A DNA stretch of 64,000 bases from Candidatus Helarchaeota archaeon. Its GTDB lineage: Archaea > Asgardarchaeota > Lokiarchaeia > Helarchaeales > RDOG01. The stretch lies in the NCBI GenBank assembly GCA_019058315.1, contig JAHPZH010000004.1:256001-320000 (forward strand), given 5' to 3'. This document shows positions 57,283 to 64,000 of this stretch, piece after piece. The notes under the pieces are model-generated. The model was given only the letters and a program-made list of their open reading frames with translations, had not been told where the DNA came from and searched no databases. Position 1 is the first letter of the stretch. Each line of letters opens with the position of its first letter. The position numbers were made by a program, and so were the translations under genes.

Positions 57283-58596
57283 TCACCAAAATAGATAATC
57301 AAAAGGATTAAAGTTGTCCTCCACTGTAAATAAGGGATAAGCATAAATTTCTCCTAAAGTTAGATTGTGTCCTGCTTTATAGTAATAAGTATAAAGTCCA
57401 TGAATCGTTATAGTTTTAGATATTGGTGTATTTTCGATGAAAAACGGGAAAAAACCCCTTCCCCAAGCCAATTCATCAGTATAATTATATTTGTATAAAA
57501 ACCAAACCGTTAAACCCATTATATTATGAGATTTGGGGATTTTAACGGTAAATTCCAAGTTTCCTAAATAAAACATATTCAAAGCCATTGGTTTGATAAC
57601 GCTTAAGAATGGAATTGAAAGATCCACTATAGTTCCATTGCTAAATTGTGATAAATCCATTGCCATTAAATCAATCAAATCAAATGGTAATGAATACAAA
57701 CCCACACCTGTCATAAAACCCCAACTTGTAACATTCCTATATTCTCCATACACATTAAAGGAAGGTGAAAACCTAATTCTAATTGTGGTATCTTTGCTCA
57801 AAACGAAATTAGCTATGACTGTAGAGGAAAAAACAATAAATGCGATTAAAAAGATTGTTGCAACTTTAGATAATTGAGTTTTATCAGAAAATTTAATTCC
57901 TAATTTCGAACTAACTTTCTTTTCAAATTCTAGTTCTTGTTTTGTTGTTATGCCCGTAACCTTCCTTTTTCGATAAAACTTTCTCTTGCTCAACTTATAA
58001 TAAACATAAAAACCTAAATCCACGATTAAAACTCCTAAATAGCCAAAAAGTAACCCCGAAACCCCAATAGATAGAGCAAATTCGATTATATGTTTAAAAT
58101 AATCCTTTACATTCATAACGAATATCGTGATGATATTGAAATTGAATAGATTTTCCATTCTAAAAGTAGAAACAACTAAATAAACTCCTATTCCTAAACC
58201 ACCGTACAACCCCAACAATTTTCCTATTTTGTGATTTTTAGTTCTTTTTACTTCTACTCCAATTTGATTTATAATGGTATGTACAAAGAAATAAGCAATA
58301 CCCACGATTAGTATTATGATAGAAATGATGATAACACTTGACTGAAACATGAAATAGCCACCCCAAGCAAAAAGCAACGACAAATCTAAGCCAATAGCAA
58401 TGGGGAATAATATAATGAAGATTGCAACAAATTGGATATTAACCGTACCTCCTAGCAAAGGAAATAATATGTAAAATATTGGTTCGACATAGTAAAATAC
58501 TAAAACCAAAACAATAGCAGTTACAAAGACTATAAAAATATGTGTGAAATCTTTTGAAAATATTTCTTTCATACGACTTGGTTTTGTTTCTTCCAT
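57283..58596 (-). CDS. Polytopic membrane protein with C-terminal extracellular beta domain
   Basis: ~6 TM then beta-rich domain. Confidence 0.75.
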   Translation of the reverse strand: MEETKPSRMKEIFSKDFTHIFIVFVTAIVLVLVFYYVEPIFYILFPLLGGTVNIQFVAIFIILFPIAIGLDLSLLFAWGGYFMFQSSVIIISIIILIVGIAYFFVHTIINQIGVEVKRTKNHKIGKLLGLYGGLGIGVYLVVSTFRMENLFNFNIITIFVMNVKDYFKHIIEFALSIGVSGLLFGYLGVLIVDLGFYVYYKLSKRKFYRKRKVTGITTKQELEFEKKVSSKLGIKFSDKTQLSKVATIFLIAFIVFSSTVIANFVLSKDTTIRIRFSPSFNVYGEYRNVTSWGFMTGVGLYSLPFDLIDLMAMDLSQFSNGTIVDLSIPFLSVIKPMALNMFYLGNLEFTVKIPKSHNIMGLTVWFLYKYNYTDELAWGRGFFPFFIENTPISKTITIHGLYTYYYKAGHNLTLGEIYAYPLFTVEDNFNPFDYLFW

Positions 58597-59384
58597 TATC
58601 CTTCACTCTTTGAATAATATTCCCATTCCTCAATGCTTACTACTTGTTGCTTTGTTAATTTTCTAAAAATCCAAAAAATTGAATCAACTATGAAAACTGA
58701 AATTAGGACTATCAGGAACAAGAAAAAAATTCTAACAAGCATATCAATGGCTACAATTCCACCCATGAACCAAAGAGGAATTGCATAAGCAAAGGGCAAT
58801 ATATAAATAGTTGTTAAATCCGCTAAATCAATCGTAATGTCAACATTAAAAATCCCAAAAGATCCAAATGTAGCTAATGAATATTCAAAAAAGGGGAACA
58901 TATAGAAAATTAATACTATTCCAACTCCAACCCCAACAGATTCTATCAAAATTTTTACTATATTTTGCCCTCTAGTCCTTTTAACCTTATACCTAAATGA
59001 AATTGGGGTGGATAATCCCCAAAAAGCAATAATAACGAAAATAGAAATAACAACTGAATAAACTAAAATTCCAAGATAATTCAAAATAAGGTAATCAACA
59101 AAATGAAACAGTATCCAAATAATATCACCTAAAGTACTTATTGCCGGTGCAAGTAAAACCAATTCTATTGGTAAATACAAAGCGAAATAAGTAATTTGGC
59201 TAAATACTTGGACATAAGAAAATGTAATTTGTGGAATATAGGTTAAAATCATAAAAGAAATTATAAAAATCGTTATCAAAACAAGAATTTTCGTGATATC
59301 ACCTGAAATTATTCCTCTAACATCCTCAGGCACTAGATTCCAACCTTCCTTTATTTTTTCCTCAAATTTTTTCTCTATTTCCAT
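58596..59384 (-). CDS. Polytopic membrane protein (distantly similar to the N-half of 57283 ORF)
   Basis: Hydrophobic; 'KVKRTRGQNIVKIL...GVGVG' parallels 'EVKRTKNHKIGKLL...GLGIG'. Confidence 0.75.
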   Translation of the reverse strand: MEIEKKFEEKIKEGWNLVPEDVRGIISGDITKILVLITIFIISFMILTYIPQITFSYVQVFSQITYFALYLPIELVLLAPAISTLGDIIWILFHFVDYLILNYLGILVYSVVISIFVIIAFWGLSTPISFRYKVKRTRGQNIVKILIESVGVGVGIVLIFYMFPFFEYSLATFGSFGIFNVDITIDLADLTTIYILPFAYAIPLWFMGGIVAIDMLVRIFFLFLIVLISVFIVDSIFWIFRKLTKQQVVSIEEWEYYSKSEG

Positions 59385-59399
59385 TACGATAACCTCATT

Positions 59400-60245
59400 T
59401 TAAATTAAAAATTGGAAAATACTAAGTGTGGGTGTTGCACTTCGATAAGCTAATACATTGTTTAGAATGTGAGCTAAACAGCAAGATGAAATTCTCCTAC
59501 CATAAACATAATCAATCGCATAAACGCCTCTCGCAATTGCTGTAAAAAGTAGTTTACTCAGTTCACCACCATAAACCGAGAGATGATAAACCCCAAATAA
59601 AAAAACTACTAATGGGATTGTTAAACCGTCAATGTGTGGCAAAAAGAAGGTTTCAAATCCCCATGTAAACAATAATTCCTCTCCAACTGCAATTATTATG
59701 CTAACCACATATTGATTATAGCTTAAATTGAAAAATGATAAAGCTGTACTAAAGAAAAAAACTGAAATAAAAGAATTGATTACAAACATTAAAAGCAAAT
59801 GTAAACCAACTTCGCCAAACTCTCTTAAAGAAAATAAACCCTCAATTGTTGTTCTTGTTGTTGTTAAAGGTATTTGATTGCCTTTTTCATCTTTATAAAA
59901 AATCTGTACCCATCTTGTTTTTTCTTTCTTGGTTTCCTCATCAACATATTTTTCTTTCTTTTTCGCTAATATTATATTGCTCACAATCTTTAAGCAAATC
60001 CCAAAAATCCCCAACAAGCCGATAATCATTAATTTAATGACCATTTTTTGAATTTCAAACATTATGGGGTTCAATTGGGGATATTGGAACGTAATGATAT
60101 TGATTAGAGTAAAATTATAGGTAATAACGATTGCAAAAACTCCTAAAATTAGAATAAACGGAAAATCCACCTTATCAGGTCTAAACCACCTATTTTTTGG
60201 GTGGTAATCCCAACCATATTCTAAAATAAATTCCTCTAAACTCAT
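59400..60245 (-). CDS. CPBP (CAAX/Abi/Rce1-like) intramembrane glutamic protease
   Basis: 'GEELLF', 'FGVYH', 'AHILNN' motifs. Confidence 0.85.
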   Translation of the reverse strand: MSLEEFILEYGWDYHPKNRWFRPDKVDFPFILILGVFAIVITYNFTLINIITFQYPQLNPIMFEIQKMVIKLMIIGLLGIFGICLKIVSNIILAKKKEKYVDEETKKEKTRWVQIFYKDEKGNQIPLTTTRTTIEGLFSLREFGEVGLHLLLMFVINSFISVFFFSTALSFFNLSYNQYVVSIIIAVGEELLFTWGFETFFLPHIDGLTIPLVVFLFGVYHLSVYGGELSKLLFTAIARGVYAIDYVYGRRISSCCLAHILNNVLAYRSATPTLSIFQFLI

Positions 60246-61138
60246 TTATACTTCCCTTTCACTACCTTTTCCTTTTTTAATTTGAGAAATTTGTTTCTTA
60301 ATATTGCATACTGAATTAATAAGCCAATAGTAATGCTACCATAAACTAACCCCATTATACTCCCGATTCCAATAACAAAATAAAGTAAATCGTCTTTCTC
60401 TTTTAATAAAAAAGGTAATAACAATAATTGCTCTAGAGTTGGTTCTTTAACGATTGTTTGATTTACTATTTCAAATGAATAAATTGGGGTTTGGTTTATA
60501 TTATTAAAAGAATCATTGCACCACCAAAAATAATAATGAGTTCCGATTGAGAAATTCCCTAAAACAATATAATAATCGCTTGAAATATCGTCTATTACTA
60601 CATATTCAACATAATCTAAATGTAAAATGACTTTTGAAATATTTGAATCCTGATCAATCCACCTGGCACTAAAATTTATTTTTAGATCAAGAGTCCAGTT
60701 CAATGGTGAACTTATATTTATTGTAACATGGGAATATTCTGGAGCTAGAGAATCAAAGGGATATAATTTATATTCAAGCAATTCATTACTTTGATGATTG
60801 ATTGTTTCACTAATATTAGTATATTGAAATTTAGAAATAGAAAGGTTATAATGTCCCTTTTTCAATCTTTTCCATTGACTATGACCACTAGAACTAGTGA
60901 ATTTAGTATCAACCCACAAATTTTGTTGCAGAGTTACGTTTGCATTTTCAATGGGTACTCCTTCTTTATCGGTTACATATATAATTAAGTCATTTTTGTG
61001 ATGTCCCCATCCCCAACTAGCTACCATTAACTCATTTGTTGGTGCAGGGTTAGAATTAAAAAAACTATATCCACCTAATAACAGAAGGGCAATGATAAAA
61101 CCACCACCAAATTTAACTTTATTTTTAAACGAAATCAT
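60242..61138 (-). CDS. Exported protein with carboxypeptidase-regulatory-like (transthyretin-like) and Ig-like domains, C-terminal TM anchor
   Basis: 'IYVTDKEGVPIENANVTL...T...G......L..GHYNLSISK'; many N-x-S/T sequons; C-terminal TM plus basic tail. Confidence 0.75.
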   Translation of the reverse strand: MISFKNKVKFGGGFIIALLLLGGYSFFNSNPAPTNELMVASWGWGHHKNDLIIYVTDKEGVPIENANVTLQQNLWVDTKFTSSSGHSQWKRLKKGHYNLSISKFQYTNISETINHQSNELLEYKLYPFDSLAPEYSHVTINISSPLNWTLDLKINFSARWIDQDSNISKVILHLDYVEYVVIDDISSDYYIVLGNFSIGTHYYFWWCNDSFNNINQTPIYSFEIVNQTIVKEPTLEQLLLLPFLLKEKDDLLYFVIGIGSIMGLVYGSITIGLLIQYAILRNKFLKLKKEKVVKGKYK

Positions 61139-61154
61139 TTATCCAACCACTTTA

Positions 61155-61577
61155 CTAAACCAAAACCAAGAATTGAACAACACCACAATTTAAAATTTCT
61201 TCAAATATTCTCAAATATGCATTGTAACACCAAATTTTAGAAATTTCAGAATCCACCCATGATAATAAGGTTAAACTCCCAAGAATCCAAGAAAAATCCC
61301 AAAAATAGATTAAACTCAATATTGCAATTAATAATCTAGTTCCAAATAAAAAATTAACCAAACCAAATTCTTTCTTTTTGCTTAATCTCTTACATTTTGG
61401 TTTCTCATTTGAGGATTTAAAATATTTTTCAAAAAGTAATGATAATAATATGGAAATAATAACAATCGCTAAAATTAACGGAATAAAAGGAATTTTGAGG
61501 AAAAATAAACTAACCCAATAACTTTCCAAAAATACCAAAATCAAAAATAACTCCTTTCTGCTAATCTCATACGACAT
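61155..61577 (-). CDS. Small membrane protein
   Basis: 4 hydrophobic segments. Confidence 0.6.
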   Translation of the reverse strand: MSYEISRKELFLILVFLESYWVSLFFLKIPFIPLILAIVIISILLSLLFEKYFKSSNEKPKCKRLSKKKEFGLVNFLFGTRLLIAILSLIYFWDFSWILGSLTLLSWVDSEISKIWCYNAYLRIFEEILNCGVVQFLVLV

Positions 61578-61606
61578 TAAGAAAAATCACCCTAAAAAAA
61601 AATAAA

Positions 61607-63532
61607 TTATAAGAAAAGTAACCAAAGGTTAGGAATTATTAGCCAAAGTACTAATATAACACCACTTAAACCAATACTGAATAACATTAACTTTTGAAAT
61701 TGTTTTTGCCTATCCTTTTCTATTTGATAATCAATTTCCTTCTCTGTTGGCGGTCTTTGATATTCCTTTTCTAATTTTATTGATATATCAGTTCTATGAC
61801 CTGCCATTTCTCTTTTCTTTTGACCACGTTTATAGAGATAATAGCCAATTACAACGATTATAGCTATCACAACACCAATTATAACATAAACCCAAATATT
61901 CTTAAACCAATTCAAAGAACTAAATGGATTTTGTGCCATTTCCAAAGCATCAGCTACCGCATCAACCCATTGAGGATTAACTAAAACTCCACCCGCCAAA
62001 ACTCCACGTGGTAACCCGTCAAATATATCATCACCCCGTTCTTCATCATAGTAACCCAATTGACCATTTACATTAGAACTATGTGGAGTATAGTTGTAAT
62101 ATGCACCAAAATAAATATCAGCTTGAAAAGTTTCCCAAAGATAGACATTTCTAACTTCATAACCGTTGATTGTTACAGGATATATGTCGTGCGACCAATC
62201 ACCCGAAGTATGCGGGGTTATTATCAATGGCGGTATTGTTGCACAAACTCCATAATCAACCCGTTTATGTTCATAGTGTATCTTGTGTTGAAGTTGATAT
62301 AACTGTAACATAGGTCGCATTTTAAACCAATCAGCAAAGAGCAAACTATCTAATTGACCAATTGAAGAATCTATAAATCTACCGCGTATTGTAATATCTT
62401 GAGAATTATTGATTTGGTCTTTGAATGTTCTTGGTGATGAATTTTCTGGCAAACCCGCAATTATATGACCGCGTTGTATTGTGTTTAATGTTGGCGGTGC
62501 ATCATAATAACCGTATGCAGAAGTACCTTTTTTACTTACTCCGTCTAAAGCTCTTGAAAATGGTACTAATGGATTACCGCCAAGCACCAAATCAAGAACA
62601 TCCCCAATTTGATCATTTCGGGTATAGGTTTCAAAACCGCCCTGATCAACATCAGTCATTAATCGGTTTATCTGTACCGTTGATTCATTATGAACTAATC
62701 CCATTTCCGATTGCTTCTTTGCCACATCACCTATATAGGTATAGGTTTTACCCGTATAACTGTAATTTCCTAATTCGTGAGCTATTACCCGTTTAAAGTA
62801 ATCGGGTAAGGTTTCGCTATTCACAAACAGTCTAAATAAGACATTGGAATGTAAGATTTTTTGGCTAATATTATCTAATTGTGCTTCACCAATCTGATAG
62901 CTTGGCATTGAGAAATATTTTTTTCCAACGACATTAGAATCCGTAAAGCAAACGGGAATGATACCAACCATTCCCCCCGCTGTTACCCGTTCATCTAATC
63001 TACAAATCTCATAAGTTTCCTCTATTCGTTCAGGTCGCCCAAGATAATCAAATGCTTCACACATTGTTACATATAGGATTTGCCATTCTACCGTAAATCG
63101 CTTTACAAATAGAGTTTCACCGTCAATAAAAATTTGTCCTTCATACCCTTCGTCAATAATATACGGGGTATTCTGAAATATCTTAAAACTTGGATCATTC
63201 GTCAATTCTCCATTATAATAATCGCTTTGTATATCTACCGCGACAGTTGGCTTGTTAGTTACAGGATCAAGAGAATCTAAATCCAAAAATTTAACAGGTC
63301 GTACAGAAATCCAACTTCTAATATCCTCAGTCAGTTCTATACCTGTTGTTGGCGGTATATAGAAAAAATCTGGAATTGTCGCGTTATCTTGAAGTATTCT
63401 TGTAACGAAATCATTATTAGCTTGGTCTAAATTCATTTGAAATATCGTATTTCCGATTGTCATTTGTCCCATTGAAATAAAAAAAGGTAAAAGGATTAAA
63501 AGAGCTATTATTTTTTTCCGAATTGGTTTCAA
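61607..63532 (-). CDS. Large exported protein with two C-terminal TM helices (candidate virion spike/surface protein)
   Basis: Signal peptide, ~510-aa beta-rich ectodomain, TM-cytosolic loop-TM. Confidence 0.7.
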   Translation of the reverse strand: MKPIRKKIIALLILLPFFISMGQMTIGNTIFQMNLDQANNDFVTRILQDNATIPDFFYIPPTTGIELTEDIRSWISVRPVKFLDLDSLDPVTNKPTVAVDIQSDYYNGELTNDPSFKIFQNTPYIIDEGYEGQIFIDGETLFVKRFTVEWQILYVTMCEAFDYLGRPERIEETYEICRLDERVTAGGMVGIIPVCFTDSNVVGKKYFSMPSYQIGEAQLDNISQKILHSNVLFRLFVNSETLPDYFKRVIAHELGNYSYTGKTYTYIGDVAKKQSEMGLVHNESTVQINRLMTDVDQGGFETYTRNDQIGDVLDLVLGGNPLVPFSRALDGVSKKGTSAYGYYDAPPTLNTIQRGHIIAGLPENSSPRTFKDQINNSQDITIRGRFIDSSIGQLDSLLFADWFKMRPMLQLYQLQHKIHYEHKRVDYGVCATIPPLIITPHTSGDWSHDIYPVTINGYEVRNVYLWETFQADIYFGAYYNYTPHSSNVNGQLGYYDEERGDDIFDGLPRGVLAGGVLVNPQWVDAVADALEMAQNPFSSLNWFKNIWVYVIIGVVIAIIVVIGYYLYKRGQKKREMAGHRTDISIKLEKEYQRPPTEKEIDYQIEKDRQKQFQKLMLFSIGLSGVILVLWLIIPNLWLLFL

Positions 63533-63981
63533 AGTGTTTCACCTTCCAATAACACATAGTTATCATAGGGATCATCTATCCAATCTTGACCTAATATTAC
63601 TCCTACTCCAGATATTTTGTAAAAGTAACCACTTACAAAGAATGTTTCACAACAATAGCATAATTGACCTGTTGTAACATTAAAACTTCCAATATTGTAA
63701 ATTGGGCTTAAGAATCCGTCAATCTCCATATTGGTAACCGTACCGTTCCAATACATCCAAGAATTAGTTCCCTTAGTGTTTTTACTGACTGTTAGAGCTT
63801 TATGTTGATAAGTTCCATTGGGTAAATAAAATCCTTCACCCCAAAGTGATAAATTCGTGGCGAAACCGTCATTTGTTATTTCAAAGGTTATTTGGTGAAA
63901 TCCATCAGTAATATCGCTTACTGAATTTTTTGAAAAATTCCCGTCAATAGCTTTAATCTCAAAACTCATGGTTGTATTCAT
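63529..63981 (-). CDS. Beta-rich hypothetical protein (may be the C-terminal part of a longer ORF extending beyond the window)
   Basis: Overlaps the start of the 61607 ORF; N-glycosylation sequons. Confidence 0.6.
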   Translation of the reverse strand: MNTTMSFEIKAIDGNFSKNSVSDITDGFHQITFEITNDGFATNLSLWGEGFYLPNGTYQHKALTVSKNTKGTNSWMYWNGTVTNMEIDGFLSPIYNIGSFNVTTGQLCYCCETFFVSGYFYKISGVGVILGQDWIDDPYDNYVLLEGETL

Positions 63982-64000
63982 AGCTCTCCTTTTTAGAAAA

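Larger units (their letters stand above)
34600..64000. mobile_element. Integrated mobile element (provirus/integrative plasmid-like, possibly composite), right end beyond window
   Basis: Abrupt switch from housekeeping genes to two tyrosine recombinases, many orphan small ORFs, defence cargo and a co-oriented membrane-protein module; left boundary approximate (between GNAT stop 34560 and recombinase stop 34852). Confidence 0.8.

Noticed and set aside
888-62796. Short ORFs overlapping or antisense to larger genes (e.g. 888, 1260, 1337, 3600, 12014-12549, 15303-16871, 17336-18148, 21598, 22219, 24902, 28306, 32865, 33454, 34055, 36327, 37887, 40449, 40800, 41488, 41962, 43773, 45366, 47127, 49002, 51531, 53392, 54561, 55317, 57150, 57593, 58439, 60791, 61796-62796)
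   Set aside because: Shadow frames of well-supported genes with no motifs; e.g. the poly-Ser ORF at 32865 is simply the antisense of the acidic tract.

Overview
Very AT-rich archaeal chromosome segment, most likely an Asgard archaeon (Loki-/Helarchaeia-like). This is inferred from a Rag-like GTPase-roadblock fusion, a TM-longin protein, Get3, SDS22-like LRRs, Fae-Hps and archaeal ribosomal proteins. Positions ~1-34.6 kb are host genes: SSB, Fae-Hps, ApgM, hydrolases, Fe-ADH, a cluster of eukaryotic-signature and multi-TM proteins, an archaeal MutS-like ATPase, rpl3-rpl4, YjbQ x2, Get3/ArsA, RpiA, and tRNA-Arg(CCT) with a non-canonical D-loop BHB intron. From ~34.6 kb to the window end lies an integrated mobile element (provirus or integrative plasmid, right end not in window). 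It carries two different tyrosine recombinases, a recurring 14-6-14 palindrome and ATATACGGAAA motif, a membrane-protein module with a CPBP protease, and defence-like cargo. The cargo highlights are (i) a type III R-M locus with two Mod subunits showing complementary degeneration (one keeps the target-recognition domain but has broken catalytic motifs, the other keeps the catalytic motifs but lacks most of the TRD), suggesting an obligate METTL3/METTL14-like heterodimer; (ii) a three-gene operon of TGT-like Zn-TIM barrel + SocA/Panacea-like wHTH + PIN nuclease; and (iii) a stand-alone PD-(D/E)xK effector. All family calls come from motifs read by eye; no database searches were run.
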